Positions 1 to 10,162 are shown, counted from the first letter of the stretch. The stretch: 64,000 bases of DNA from a bacterium (GCA_016789445.1 JAEUQT010000001.1:259603-323602), one strand, 5' to 3'. A program made the numbers and translations. The notes: generated by a model from the letters alone, not told the origin.

Positions 1-12
1 AAGGAGGAGACC

Positions 13-381
13 ATGCTTGATATGGTACGAACGGCGCCCGTGGAGAATGCTAATGCGCTCGCGAGCGAGACACTCGTGCTGTCATTCGCAGAAGACAGTC
101 ATTTCGATAGCGCCAAGAACGCGGACGGCGAGAGACTGCGCACGATCTTCGGGTATGCAGATTGTCGCTTTATTGCCTGCATGCATGCAGAGTATCGCGG
201 CAATCAGTTCGTGAAGATCGTCATTCATACGCATACACGCGGCTTGCATAGCGCGTCGTATGAATGCTTCGGTACCACCGGTAACGATCGCAAACTGACC
301 CACGGCCCGCTGCTTCACATCGACGAGGTAAATTTCGCGGAGGAGTACGTTCAGGTCACGTTCATGCATCGCGAACACTGA
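13..381 (+). CDS. hypothetical protein (122 aa)
   Basis: ATG at 13 is preceded by a strong RBS (aaggaggaga). The ORF ends just before a terminator hairpin. No recognisable motif. Confidence 0.5.
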   Translation: MLDMVRTAPVENANALASETLVLSFAEDSHFDSAKNADGERLRTIFGYADCRFIACMHAEYRGNQFVKIVIHTHTRGLHSASYECFGTTGNDRKLTHGPLLHIDEVNFAEEYVQVTFMHREH

Positions 382-385
382 CTCA

Positions 386-418
386 AAGCCGCCCTCCTCG
401 GGCGGCTTCTTCTTTTAT
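386..418. terminator. bidirectional rho-independent terminator
   Basis: Hairpin aagccgccc-tcctc-gggcggctt followed by a T-run. It lies between convergent genes at 13..381 (+) and 415..2139 (-). Confidence 0.6.
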
Positions 419-2139
419 TCCGTGATCGCGCGCAGCACCTCTTCTATCGTCGTCACGCCTTGTGAAGCTTTAAAGATACCGTCTTCGCTCATGGTGAGCA
501 TCCCCTCTTTGCGTGCTTGGATATGAATGTCGTCCGCCGTCGCGCCTTTCATGACCAGATCCTTGATCGTCGGCGCGACGTCCAAGACTTCGTAGATACC
601 CATACGTCCCGAGAATCCTCCCTCGCCCTCCTTCGGCCGCCAGAACGGCACATTCTTCCAAGTCGCTTCGGGAGCTACGATCTTTTCATCCTTCAGCGCT
701 TTCAAGACGACACCCGCATCGACGACATGCTCGAGCTGCGCCTGCTCATCGCGATTGAGTTCGTATTTATCCTTCGCATTGGTAAGCTTTCGCACCAGGC
801 GTTGGCCGATGATCACCTTCAAGGTGGAGACCAGCAAGAACGGTTCCACCCCCATATCCAGAAGACGCGGTATGGCTCCCGCTGCGGAATTGGTGTGCAG
901 TGTCGAGAGCACGAGGTGACCGGTGAGTGCGGCATTGATCGCGAGCGAAGCAGTTTCCTTATCGCGGATCTCGCCTACCATGATGATGTCCGGATCCTGA
1001 CGAACGAGCGAGCGAAGACCATTGGCGAACGTGAATCCGATCTCCGGTCGGACCTGCGTCTGATTCACCCGCTTCATCTGATACTCGATCGGATCCTCGA
1101 CGGTCGAGATGTTCACATCCGGCGTATTCACGATATCCAAGAGCGTGTAGAGCGTGGTCGATTTACCGGCACCGGTCGGACCGGTCGTGAGGATGAGGCC
1201 CGTCGTTTTCTTCATCGCGTTATGCATCCGCTCGAGCGCGACGCCGTGGAAGCCGAGTGCTTCAAGTGAGAAGCCTGAAATATTGTCGCGCAGAAGACGC
1301 ATGACGATCTTCTCGCCGTAGTACGTGGGGAGAATGGAAACACGGAATGAGATCTTCTCACCGCCCGCTTCAACTCCGAAGCGGCCGTCTTGCGGAAGAC
1401 GCTTCTCATCGAGGCGCATATTCGCCAAGACCTTCACGCGCGCGGTAATTGCCGCAGCTGCATGCTTCGGTAACTCCATCGCGTCATGCAACATGCCGTC
1501 GATGCGGTAGCGGATGAGGAGCGCTTCCTCTAAAGGCTCGATATGGATGTCGGACGCACCCTGCGCATTCGCGTGACGCAAGAGCGTATCGACGATGCGC
1601 ACTGCCGGCACACCCTCGGCTATCTTGCGCTCATCCCCTTCTGAGCTTCCGCTTGCCGCAAGCGCATCAGTCTCGCGCTTGATGACATCGCCGAGATTAT
1701 CCTTCAATCCACGCTGGTATTGCTTGAGCGCCGCTTTGATGGACGGTCCGTCGGTAAGGCGCGGCAAAACCTTAAGCCGCGTCTTCTTCTTGATGAAATC
1801 GATCGCCGCGAGATCGTCGGTGTCCAACATTGCCACTTCGAGATCGTCGCCCTTATGGTTGTAGGCGACGATGTTGTTGCGTCGTGCGACCGGCTCCGGG
1901 ATGAGGGAGAGGGTCTCAAATGGAATCGTGGTACCGACCAGCGAAACGAATGGAATGCCGAGAATGTAGGCGTACGTGCGACGCAACTCGTCCTCGCCGA
2001 TAAGCGAGCGCGCGATCAGGATATCGCCGATCGGCTGATTGCGCTGTTTCGCCTCACTATCAGCGGCGTCGAAATCCTTCTGCGAAATGAGATTCGCATC
2101 CGAGAGGAAGGTTTTCAATTGCGTGTCGGAGATGTACAT
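415..2139 (-). CDS. pilB: GspE/PilB-family secretion ATPase (type IV pilus / type II secretion), paralog 1
   Basis: 574 aa with a GspE N-terminal domain and Walker A GPTGAGKSTT. Asp/His boxes typical of the PilB/GspE family are present. The C-terminal region contains no Cys residues, so the tetracysteine zinc motif is absent. Confidence 0.85.
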   Translation of the reverse strand: MYISDTQLKTFLSDANLISQKDFDAADSEAKQRNQPIGDILIARSLIGEDELRRTYAYILGIPFVSLVGTTIPFETLSLIPEPVARRNNIVAYNHKGDDLEVAMLDTDDLAAIDFIKKKTRLKVLPRLTDGPSIKAALKQYQRGLKDNLGDVIKRETDALAASGSSEGDERKIAEGVPAVRIVDTLLRHANAQGASDIHIEPLEEALLIRYRIDGMLHDAMELPKHAAAAITARVKVLANMRLDEKRLPQDGRFGVEAGGEKISFRVSILPTYYGEKIVMRLLRDNISGFSLEALGFHGVALERMHNAMKKTTGLILTTGPTGAGKSTTLYTLLDIVNTPDVNISTVEDPIEYQMKRVNQTQVRPEIGFTFANGLRSLVRQDPDIIMVGEIRDKETASLAINAALTGHLVLSTLHTNSAAGAIPRLLDMGVEPFLLVSTLKVIIGQRLVRKLTNAKDKYELNRDEQAQLEHVVDAGVVLKALKDEKIVAPEATWKNVPFWRPKEGEGGFSGRMGIYEVLDVAPTIKDLVMKGATADDIHIQARKEGMLTMSEDGIFKASQGVTTIEEVLRAITE

Positions 2140-2177
2140 ACGGTTTCCCTGCCGTTATCACGCGTAGTATACCAAGA

Positions 2178-2206
2178 GAAAACCCTCGGCAGTGCCGAGG
2201 GTTTTT
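2178..2206. terminator. rho-independent terminator hairpin
   Basis: Hairpin aaaaccctcggc-agtg-ccgagggtttt, downstream of the minus-strand small gene 2208..2435. Confidence 0.55.
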
Positions 2207-2207
2207 G

Positions 2208-2435
2208 TCAGGTCTGCCACTCCTTGTCGAAACCGCGCTTGAAATCTTCAAGGATGGTACGTCCTTTGAATTTCTTCAGGAGTACGGCCACCGCCTGCCC
2301 GAACGCTTCGGCCGTGATCAGGTACGGGTCGTGATCGTTTTTCACATAATCGGAGACGCGCTTCACGATGTCCCATGGCTGCGGGGCATGGACCGAGCCC
2401 CTGCGAGGCGGTATCTTCATATCGTCGGTGCTCAT
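2208..2435 (-). CDS. small hypothetical protein (75 aa)
   Basis: The minus-strand sequence upstream of the ATG reads cgtagggaggggtgcATG, giving an RBS of gggagggg. Amino-acid composition is protein-like. No family assigned. Confidence 0.5.
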   Translation of the reverse strand: MSTDDMKIPPRRGSVHAPQPWDIVKRVSDYVKNDHDPYLITAEAFGQAVAVLLKKFKGRTILEDFKRGFDKEWQT

Positions 2436-2560
2436 GCACCCCTCCCTACGTAGTCGCTACTAAGCCCACCCTACCCGCCGTCCATAGCGAGGTCAAACCC
2501 TTGACAGACCCTCTTGGACGGCCTACTATTCCCTTACAGCTGCATACAGCAATGTATTCA

Positions 2561-2587
2561 GTCCGGCCGGAAGCCGGACGTTTTTTA
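2561..2587 (+). terminator. rho-independent terminator upstream of nusA
   Basis: Hairpin gtccggc-cggaa-gccggac followed by tttttt. Confidence 0.5.
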
Positions 2588-2638
2588 TAAAAACGGCTGC
2601 CTTACACAAGGAAACCACTCATAATCATTCATTTATAT

Positions 2639-3913
2639 ATGGCATTGTTCGACCTCAAGATCCTCAACTCGGCGCTCGATGAGCTCCAGACTGAGAAAGG
2701 CATCTCGCGCGACAGCGTGATCGAGGCTATTGCGACCGCACTCGCTGCGGCATATCGCCGTGAGTACGGCAAGCGCGGCCAGATCATCCGTGCGACTTTC
2801 AACCCTGAAATGGGTGATTTGGAATTCCGCCAGGCGAAAATCGTCGTCGACGAGACACTCGTACGTAAGGAGGACGAGGAACCGACCTCTGACGAGGATC
2901 ATCGTTCCCGCTTCAATCCGGAACAACACATCATGATCGCCGACGCACAGCGCATCAAGAAGGATGCGCAGCTCGACGAGGAGATCTCCTTCCCGCTTGA
3001 GACCCGCGAGGAATTCGGCCGCATCGCCGCTCAGGCCGCGAAGCAGGTCATCATGCAGAAGATCCGCGAAGCAGAACGCGCTTCCATCATCTCTGAGTAC
3101 GGCGAACGCGAAGGCGAGATCGTCACCGGTCACGTCCAGCGTTTCGAACGCGGCAATCTCTACATCGACCTCGGTCGTGCGACTGCCGTCCTTCCGTATG
3201 ACGAGCAGATCCCGGGCGAGCGCTATCGTCAGGGCGAGCGCGTACGCGCACTCCTCCTCCGTGTCGACGAAGGTGTCCGCGGTACGTTCATCCGTCTTTC
3301 CCGCTCGCATCCACGTTTCCTCACCAAGCTTTTCGAAGCAGAAGTGCCGGAGATGGCGTCCGGCGTCGTCGAAGTGAAGGGCGTCGTCCGCGAGCCAGGC
3401 TCGCGTGCGAAGATCGCCGTCTTCTCGAACGACGAGCACATCGATCCGGTCGGCTCTCTCGTCGGCCAGCGCGGTGTTCGTGTTGCCGTCGTCACCTCTG
3501 AACTCGGTGGAGAAAAGATCGACGTCGTCGAATGGTCTGAGGCTGCGAACGAATTCGTGAAAGAAGCCCTCAAGCCGGCACAGGTCATGGATATCGAGCT
3601 CATAGAAGACGAGAACCGCGCGATCGTCACGGTTGCTGAAGACCAGCAGTCGCTCGCTATCGGTCGCGGCGGCCAGAACGTCCGTCTTGCAGCGCGCCTC
3701 ACTGGCTGGAAGATCGACATCCGCTCGACCGGCACTACGGAAACAGCAAAGGAAGAATCCCCTGCCGAAACCGTGGATGAACTCGCCGTTGATGCTGCAG
3801 TTGAAGAATCGACCGATGAAGAGAAGCAGTCCGAAGGTGAAGAGCTCGCGAATCCCGACGGAAACGAGGATCGTGATATCCCTTCAGTGCAGGTAGAAGA
3901 AGAGCAGAAGTAA
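2639..3913 (+). CDS. nusA: transcription termination/antitermination factor NusA
   Basis: 424 aa. An N-terminal NusA domain is followed by S1 and tandem KH regions (GQRGVRVAVV..., LAIGRGGQNVRLAARLTGW) and an acidic C-terminal tail. Confidence 0.9.
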   Translation: MALFDLKILNSALDELQTEKGISRDSVIEAIATALAAAYRREYGKRGQIIRATFNPEMGDLEFRQAKIVVDETLVRKEDEEPTSDEDHRSRFNPEQHIMIADAQRIKKDAQLDEEISFPLETREEFGRIAAQAAKQVIMQKIREAERASIISEYGEREGEIVTGHVQRFERGNLYIDLGRATAVLPYDEQIPGERYRQGERVRALLLRVDEGVRGTFIRLSRSHPRFLTKLFEAEVPEMASGVVEVKGVVREPGSRAKIAVFSNDEHIDPVGSLVGQRGVRVAVVTSELGGEKIDVVEWSEAANEFVKEALKPAQVMDIELIEDENRAIVTVAEDQQSLAIGRGGQNVRLAARLTGWKIDIRSTGTTETAKEESPAETVDELAVDAAVEESTDEEKQSEGEELANPDGNEDRDIPSVQVEEEQK

Positions 3914-3935
3914 TCTCTTCCCTATAAAAAATTTC

Positions 3936-3962
3936 AGCGGGACCGGCAATGCCGGTCCCGCT
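3936..3962. terminator. bidirectional terminator
   Basis: Perfect hairpin agcgggaccggc-aat-gccggtcccgct between convergent nusA (+) and 3974..4273 (-). Confidence 0.6.
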
Positions 3963-3973
3963 GTGTTAGCGAC

Positions 3974-4273
3974 CTACTGGCTGGAGCGATGACGCTGCTG
4001 ATGTTCACGCTCAGCATTGAGCATCCATATCAACACCCCTACACCGAGACCTACGAATGTCGAGAGGATTGAAAGCAGAAATCCCCCGACACCCGCCTCA
4101 GGCGTCCCGTATCGCACGATGAACCAGACGACGACACCCACGGCCGCAAGCATATATATGCCCACATAGACCATGACATGGAGAAAGCTGATTTTACCGA
4201 CGAACCTGACTGCAAGCGGTATTCCGACTGTGCCAATGCAGAAATTTGGGAGCAGGGCGATAAGCACTTCCAT
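3974..4273 (-). CDS. small hypothetical membrane protein (99 aa, 3 predicted TM segments)
   Basis: Hydrophobic stretches are visible by eye, and the ORF ends at a terminator hairpin. No motif recognised. Confidence 0.5.
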   Translation of the reverse strand: MEVLIALLPNFCIGTVGIPLAVRFVGKISFLHVMVYVGIYMLAAVGVVVWFIVRYGTPEAGVGGFLLSILSTFVGLGVGVLIWMLNAEREHQQRHRSSQ

Positions 4274-4393
4274 ATACCACCTCCTTTATGCGCATCTCGC
4301 GCAACTTAATCACCACCGTCCCGGCGCGTCAACGCGTGCAAAAAGCACAGCCTCTGCTACAGTGGCGGCAATTAGGTAATCATTCATCCATAT

Positions 4394-4930
4394 ATGAACC
4401 TCTGGCACGATATCCCGCTCGGAGAGAGCTCCCCCGATGAGATCAACGTCATCGTGGAGGTCCCGAAGGGCTCTCCCAATAAGTACGAGATCGACAAAGA
4501 TACCGGCATCATCAAGCTCGATCGTGCCAACTATTCTGCCGCGGCTTTCCCTTGTGATTACGGCTTCGCGCCGCAGACCCTTTGGGAGGACGGCGACGCG
4601 CTGGACGTCATCATCCTCGCGACCTTCCCTATCCCGAGCGGCATCCTCGTCAAAGTGCGCCCGGTAGGGCTCATGGAGATGATCGACTCCGGGGAAAGCG
4701 ATTACAAAGTCATCTCGGTCCCTGTCGACGACAAGCGCTGGGAAGATGTACAGGATCTGGCTGATGTGAACAAGCACTCACTCAAGGAGATCCAGCACTT
4801 CTTCGAGACCTACAAGGCCTTGAAAGGAAAGGCTGCGGTCGTCGAGATCAAGGGATTCAAAGGCAAGCAGGAAGCGCTCGAGGCGGTGAAGAAATCGGTC
4901 GAGCTCTACACGGCGAAGTTCGCGAAGTAA
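4394..4930 (+). CDS. ppa: inorganic pyrophosphatase
   Basis: 178 aa. Family I PPase signature regions are present (EVPKGS.NKYE, DGDALDV, HFFE.YK). Confidence 0.9.
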   Translation: MNLWHDIPLGESSPDEINVIVEVPKGSPNKYEIDKDTGIIKLDRANYSAAAFPCDYGFAPQTLWEDGDALDVIILATFPIPSGILVKVRPVGLMEMIDSGESDYKVISVPVDDKRWEDVQDLADVNKHSLKEIQHFFETYKALKGKAAVVEIKGFKGKQEALEAVKKSVELYTAKFAK

Positions 4931-4981
4931 TCCCCTTTGCACGAAACAAGCCGCAGGCATTACTGTCTGCGGCTTTCGTCA

Positions 4982-5299
4982 TTATGTTTTTTCCAAGCAG
5001 ATCGCCCATCGACCTACCGAATTCTCGAAATAGTTCCTGTAGCGGAGTCTGCCCTGGTATTCGGTGAATACCCAGGCACGCACGACGGTGGCAATATCGT
5101 CTTCGAGCAACCCATCTCGATGGAGCGGTTCATCGAATTCGATGGAAAACATCGGATGTGTCCGCGATGTCTTCAGCCATTTTGCCTCGATGAAAGCCTT
5201 CGAGCCTGCAAGCAATTGCCTGACAAGCTCCTTACGGAGACGCCTCAGCTTCATCGTCTCGTCCGTCGAAACAAATGCAACTACTGCTGCTTGCGTCAT
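4982..5299 (-). CDS. hypothetical protein (about 106 aa)
   Basis: The internal ATG (MTQAAVV...) is preceded by aaggagg on the minus strand. The longer ORF extending to 5377 has no RBS. Confidence 0.45.
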   Translation of the reverse strand: MTQAAVVAFVSTDETMKLRRLRKELVRQLLAGSKAFIEAKWLKTSRTHPMFSIEFDEPLHRDGLLEDDIATVVRAWVFTEYQGRLRYRNYFENSVGRWAICLEKT

Positions 5300-5443
5300 C
5301 GGATCCTCCTTTTCCGTACGCCTCTGCGGACGTTGTAACACAGACCATGAAGCATGACTATTGCCAAGGTTATACACATGGGTCGGAACCGGCCTTCATC
5401 TCCGAAGCGCTATGCTGTACCCATACTCCTTAATTCCTGCCGT

Positions 5444-6193
5444 ATGTTCAAATCCGGATCCAAGCACTTCCCCCTCATACTCGTCATCATCATCTCCTTC
5501 GCCTTCGTCGGCTTCGCTCTTGCACATGAAGGCCATGACCATACGCTCGCACAAGCCGATGTGAACGCCGAAGCAACGGTGACGGTAACCGCGCCGCCGG
5601 GTTCTGGCACACCGATTCGCCCGCTCGATCTTGCACGCCAGAAGGCCATGGAGCTCAAACAGGGCGCGAATGCTAAAGGCGATTGGCAGAATGCATCATC
5701 GGGCCCAGAAAAGCGTCCGATGCCAGCCAAGGATCGTCCGGCTTCTACCACCAACCTCATGCAGAAAGTGCGCGGGGCGCTCGCACAACATACGGGCGTC
5801 ATCAAGCAGCGTTTCGGTCTCGCACTTCGTCACTTCGAGCGGTTCGTCGATCGTATCGAGACCCGTATCGATAAGATGGCAGCTGCCGGCGTCGACACCG
5901 CATCCGTCGAAGCGCAGCTCGAAATCGCAAAGACGGCACAGGCGTCCGCAAAAGCTGACATTCAGGCGGTGAGCGATTTCGTCGAGAGCATCGATGAGGA
6001 TACCGACCGCGCACAGGTCCGTACCGAGCTCAAGGCGCTCGTGAAGACGGCGAACGAGAGCATCAAGGAAGCGCATCTCGAACTCCAAAAGACCATCAAG
6101 ACTCTTGTCGCATTAGCAAAAGAAAAGAAACCAGAAGCAGACGTTTCAGCCTCCGTCGAAGCTGAGGCAGAAGTAGAAGCATCTAATCAATAA
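5444..6193 (+). CDS. hypothetical membrane-anchored/secreted coiled-coil protein with an HEGHDH motif
   Basis: Start taken at MFKSGSKHFPLILVII (hydrophobic N-terminus). The alternative upstream start at 5354 lacks a signal sequence. The C-terminal half is Ala/Lys/Glu-rich and helical. Confidence 0.45.
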   Translation: MFKSGSKHFPLILVIIISFAFVGFALAHEGHDHTLAQADVNAEATVTVTAPPGSGTPIRPLDLARQKAMELKQGANAKGDWQNASSGPEKRPMPAKDRPASTTNLMQKVRGALAQHTGVIKQRFGLALRHFERFVDRIETRIDKMAAAGVDTASVEAQLEIAKTAQASAKADIQAVSDFVESIDEDTDRAQVRTELKALVKTANESIKEAHLELQKTIKTLVALAKEKKPEADVSASVEAEAEVEASNQ

Positions 6194-6197
6194 TCAT

Positions 6198-6566
6198 ATG
6201 GATCCTGTCGCTAATCAGAATCCCATCGCCAACGGTACCCAGATGCCGATGACTCCAGAGCGAAAGCCTATCGGTCCGATCGCGGGAGCAATCATCGTGA
6301 TCGTCCTCCTTATAGCCGGCGGTCTCTACTTCTGGGGAGCAAAGCTCAATTCACAGATGCAGCCGCAGGAGATGCCGTACATCCCTGACGATGGCTACAT
6401 GATGCCGGAGGCTTCGATGCCGGTGAGCGAGCCGCAGAGCGACACCTCGGCCGGCCTTCCTCCACAAGGCAGCTCCGACGAGGTCAGCTCAATAGAATCT
6501 GACTTCAACGCCATGAACATGCAGCAGATGGAGGCAGAGAACGAAGCCGAATTAAACAGCATATAA
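6198..6566 (+). CDS. small hypothetical single-TM protein (122 aa)
   Basis: ATG at 6198, with a TM segment IAGAIIVIVLLIAGGLYFW. Followed by a terminator hairpin at 6576..6612. Confidence 0.5.
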   Translation: MDPVANQNPIANGTQMPMTPERKPIGPIAGAIIVIVLLIAGGLYFWGAKLNSQMQPQEMPYIPDDGYMMPEASMPVSEPQSDTSAGLPPQGSSDEVSSIESDFNAMNMQQMEAENEAELNSI

Positions 6567-6627
6567 GCCACGCTTCAGCCGCCGTCCGCACTAGCGGACG
6601 GCGGCTTTTGCTTGTAAACTCCGCCCC

Positions 6628-7698
6628 ATGTCAAAAAATCCTGCAATTAGCCGCGATGAGAAACGCTGGGAGCTCATCGTTCAGGCCGAAGTCGCCCCGG
6701 AAGCTATTGCTGAGCACCGCTCGCACGTCCTTGCCGAACTTAAGAAGGACGCCCATCTCCCTGGCTTTCGACCGGGCAAAGCTCCCGAAGATCAGGTAAT
6801 GAAGGCCGTCGGCGAGGCTGAAGTCCTCCGTCGCACCATCGAGCACGCGATCCAGCACGAACTGCCGGAAATCCTCGCCAAAGAAGAGGTCAACATCGTG
6901 GCGGCCCCGCAGGTCACCGTCGAGAAGGCCCCCTCCTCCTTTCCTGCTACCGAACCTATCGTTTTCACTGCCCGCGCACCGATGGCACCGAAAGTCGAAC
7001 TCCCTGACTACGCAAAGATCGCAGCAAAGCACAATAAAGATAAGAAGGAAGTGGACGTCACCGACGACGAGCACAAGGAGACGCTCAATCATCTCAAGCG
7101 TGAGCGCGCCCGCATCACGAAGGTCGAACTCGGCCTTTCCCCGCAGGAAGCACTTGATCAGGCACGCGCAATGGAAGAAAAAGATCTTCCTGATCTCGAC
7201 GACGAATTCGTCAAATCCCTCGGCTATGAGAACAGTGAGAAATTCACTGAAGCAGTCAGGAACAACATCAAGAATGAGAAGGAGCTTCGTGAGGTCGAGA
7301 AGCGACGCGCAGCGATGCTCGACGAGCTCGTGAAAGAAGCGAAGATCTCCTACCCTGCCATCCTTCTCGATTACGAACTCGACGATATGGAGGGTCGCAT
7401 GAAGGATGACATCCAGCGCATGGGCCTCACGATGGAGAAATACCTCACCGAGACCAAGAAGACACTTCCGGAAATCCGCGAAAGCTGGCACGAAGCAGCA
7501 GACAACCGCGCGAAAATGCGCCTCGCCCTCTCGCAAATCGCCCAAGCGGAGAAGATTGATGTCGATCCGGAACGTTTCCAGAAGGAACTCGCGCACGCAA
7601 AGCAGCACTACCCGAATGCCGACGAATCCAATCTTTCAGCGCACATCATGCACGCGCTTCGCAACGAGGCAGTGATCACGTGGCTGGAACAGCAGTAA
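6628..7698 (+). CDS. tig: trigger factor, short form without a recognisable PPIase domain
   Basis: The N-terminal ribosome-binding signature GFRPGKAP is present. The gene lies upstream of clpP (conserved tig-clpP synteny). At 356 aa it is shorter than canonical (~430 aa) trigger factors. Confidence 0.8.
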   Translation: MSKNPAISRDEKRWELIVQAEVAPEAIAEHRSHVLAELKKDAHLPGFRPGKAPEDQVMKAVGEAEVLRRTIEHAIQHELPEILAKEEVNIVAAPQVTVEKAPSSFPATEPIVFTARAPMAPKVELPDYAKIAAKHNKDKKEVDVTDDEHKETLNHLKRERARITKVELGLSPQEALDQARAMEEKDLPDLDDEFVKSLGYENSEKFTEAVRNNIKNEKELREVEKRRAAMLDELVKEAKISYPAILLDYELDDMEGRMKDDIQRMGLTMEKYLTETKKTLPEIRESWHEAADNRAKMRLALSQIAQAEKIDVDPERFQKELAHAKQHYPNADESNLSAHIMHALRNEAVITWLEQQ

Positions 7699-7775
7699 GT
7701 AAGCAAAACTCCTGAATACCGCCGGTTACTCTGGCGGTTTTCTATTAGAAACCCGCTGTGATACCATCCGCTCAT

Positions 7776-8375
7776 ATGAAAATTGAACCAATCACCGCTC
7801 AGATGCTTGTCCCAATGGTCGTCGAAAAGACGAACATGGGCGAGCGCGCGTATGACATCTATAGCCGCCTTCTCAAGGAACGCATCGTCTTCCTTGGCGG
7901 CCCTATCGATGACACCGTCGCCAACCTCGTCATCGCCCAGCTGCTCTTCCTCGCCTCAGAGGATCCGAAGAAGGATATCTCCTTCTACATCAACTCCCCT
8001 GGCGGCCACGTCTCCGCGGGTCTCGCTATCATCGACACCATGAACCACATCCAGCCGGATGTCTCAACCGTCTGTGTCGGAATGGCAGCTTCCATGGGAG
8101 CGGTCCTCCTCTCGGCGGGCAAGAAGGGTAAGCGATTCGCTCTCACGAACGCGGAGGTCATGATCCATCAGCCGTCCGGTGGTGCTCAAGGCCAGGCTAC
8201 AGACATCGAGATCACCGCGAAACACATCCTCGCGACCCGCGACCGCCTCAACCGCATCCTCGCCAAGAACACCGGCCAGAGTATCAAGAAGATCGAAACC
8301 GACGTCGAGCGCGACTTCTTCATGAGCGCTGACGAGGCCAAAGCATACGGTGTCGTTGACAAGGTCCTTGAGTAG
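7776..8375 (+). CDS. clpP: ATP-dependent Clp protease proteolytic subunit
   Basis: Near-identical to canonical ClpP ([31 protein letters not shown]; catalytic Ser in GMAASMGA). The start codon is uncertain; candidates are GTG 7758, ATG 7776 and ATG 7803. Confidence 0.9.
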   Translation: MKIEPITAQMLVPMVVEKTNMGERAYDIYSRLLKERIVFLGGPIDDTVANLVIAQLLFLASEDPKKDISFYINSPGGHVSAGLAIIDTMNHIQPDVSTVCVGMAASMGAVLLSAGKKGKRFALTNAEVMIHQPSGGAQGQATDIEITAKHILATRDRLNRILAKNTGQSIKKIETDVERDFFMSADEAKAYGVVDKVLE

Positions 8376-8614
8376 GGTTCCAGTCTTCATTACGTGCGTA
8401 AAAGGGCCCACAGTTGGGGCCCTTTTACGACATTTCATTTTTTTAGGGCGGTGCTATAGTGCATTCACACCTTACTATTATGTTGATCCAATCCCTCCCG
8501 CACGCCGCATACGCCCTCCCAACCGAATCGCTTAGGTTTTCCGTGCTATTTTCGATGCGATAATCGATTGACGACGCAGCTGGTGTACGGTCGGGACGGT
8601 CATAACCGACACGT

Positions 8615-10144
8615 ATGTCATTAAAATTAATCTTGGTACTCCTCGCCCTCTCGGGAGCGGCGGGAATCGGATTCGGATACTTTCTCCGATGGATTATCTC
8701 GCTCGGTAAGCGCGGCTCGATGGAGCTCGAGATCAAGCAGATGAAGCTCGATGCTCAGGAAAGCGCGAAGCGCATCATCGAAGAGGCTGAGAAAGAGGCT
8801 AAGGAGAAGACGGAGACCCTTACCAACGAATTCAAGGAGAAGGAACGCGAACTGAAAGCCACTGAAGATCGTCTCGTCCGCAAAGAAGAGATGGTCGATC
8901 AGCGCCAGCAGAACGTAGATGCAGAAAACGAGTCCCTTAAAGCAAAAGCTGAGGAACTTCAGCGTCTGAAGGAAAAGGCCGAAGAAGGCATCAAACAACA
9001 GGCGGAGAAACTTGAAAAAATTGCAGGGCTGAGCGCCGAAGAAGCAAAGGCAGAGCTTATCTCTACTATTGAGAAGCGCTACGAAGCGGACATTGAAGGC
9101 CGCATGCGCAAGCTTGAGATCTCAGGTAACGAGAAACTTGAAGAGCGTGCACGCGAAATCCTCGTCACCTCGATCCACCGTCTCGGGAATTCGGTGGTCT
9201 CCGATGTCATCGCGACCACCATTTCCCTACCGAATGATGAGATCAAGGGCAAGATAATCGGTAAGGAGGGTCGCAATATCCGCACCTTCGAGAAAGCGAC
9301 CGGCGTGGACGTCATCATCGACGACACTCCGGGCACCATTACCCTTTCCTGCTACGATCCTGTTCGTCGCCAGATTGCACGTATCGCACTCGAGAACCTC
9401 ATCCTCGATGGCCGCATCCAGCCAGCGAAAATCGAAGAGGCGGTCCAGAAAGCTGAAGGTGAGATCAATAACATCATCAAAAAGAAGGGTGCCGATGCTG
9501 CCTTCGCTGCAAAGGTCACCAACCTCGATCCGAAGCTCCTCCAGATCCTCGGACGCCTCTACTTCCGCACCAGCTATGGCCAGAACGTCCTCGACCACTC
9601 GGTGGAGATGGCGAATCTCGCTGCCATGCTCGCCGAAGAGCTTGGTGCTAACGTCCAGGTCGCTCGCGCGGGCGCCCTCCTCCACGATATCGGTAAGGCG
9701 CTCGACCATGAGGTCCCCGGCACCCATGTCGAGATCGGCCGCCGCATCCTCCAGAAGTTCGGCGTCGATGAGCTCGTGATCAAGGCGATGCAGGCGCATC
9801 ACGAGGAATATCCGTACGAGACACCGGAGAGCATGATCGTCCAGGTGGCCGATGCGGTCTCTGGCGGTCGCCCAGGAGCTCGCCGCGACTCGGTAGAGAA
9901 CTACATCAAGCGCCTCGAGGACCTCGAAGCCATCGCCAATAACCACGAAGGTGTCGAGAAGAGCTTCGCGATCTCCGCGGGCCGCGAGGTTCGCGTTATC
10001 GTGAAGCCTGACGTCGTCAATGATCTTGATGCGCGCAAGCTTGCACGCGACATCGCCGATCAGATCGAGAAGGAGATGCAGTATCCGGGAGAGATCAAAG
10101 TCTCCGTCATGCGCGAGACGCGCGTCATCGAGTACGCACGATAA
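8615..10144 (+). CDS. rny: ribonuclease Y
   Basis: 509 aa with an N-terminal TM anchor, coiled coil, KH domain (GKIIGKEGRNIRTFE) and HD domain (LLHDIGKA). Confidence 0.9.
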   Translation: MSLKLILVLLALSGAAGIGFGYFLRWIISLGKRGSMELEIKQMKLDAQESAKRIIEEAEKEAKEKTETLTNEFKEKERELKATEDRLVRKEEMVDQRQQNVDAENESLKAKAEELQRLKEKAEEGIKQQAEKLEKIAGLSAEEAKAELISTIEKRYEADIEGRMRKLEISGNEKLEERAREILVTSIHRLGNSVVSDVIATTISLPNDEIKGKIIGKEGRNIRTFEKATGVDVIIDDTPGTITLSCYDPVRRQIARIALENLILDGRIQPAKIEEAVQKAEGEINNIIKKKGADAAFAAKVTNLDPKLLQILGRLYFRTSYGQNVLDHSVEMANLAAMLAEELGANVQVARAGALLHDIGKALDHEVPGTHVEIGRRILQKFGVDELVIKAMQAHHEEYPYETPESMIVQVADAVSGGRPGARRDSVENYIKRLEDLEAIANNHEGVEKSFAISAGREVRVIVKPDVVNDLDARKLARDIADQIEKEMQYPGEIKVSVMRETRVIEYAR

Positions 10145-10162
10145 ATACCTCCCCTTTCGAGC

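Noticed and set aside
517-1269. Long ORFs antisense to pilB (517..1269), rny (9227..9946), pnp (20793..21572), polA (56181..56954) and others
   Set aside because: They lie entirely inside well-supported conserved genes on the opposite strand and have junk-like composition. They are treated as GC-driven open frames.
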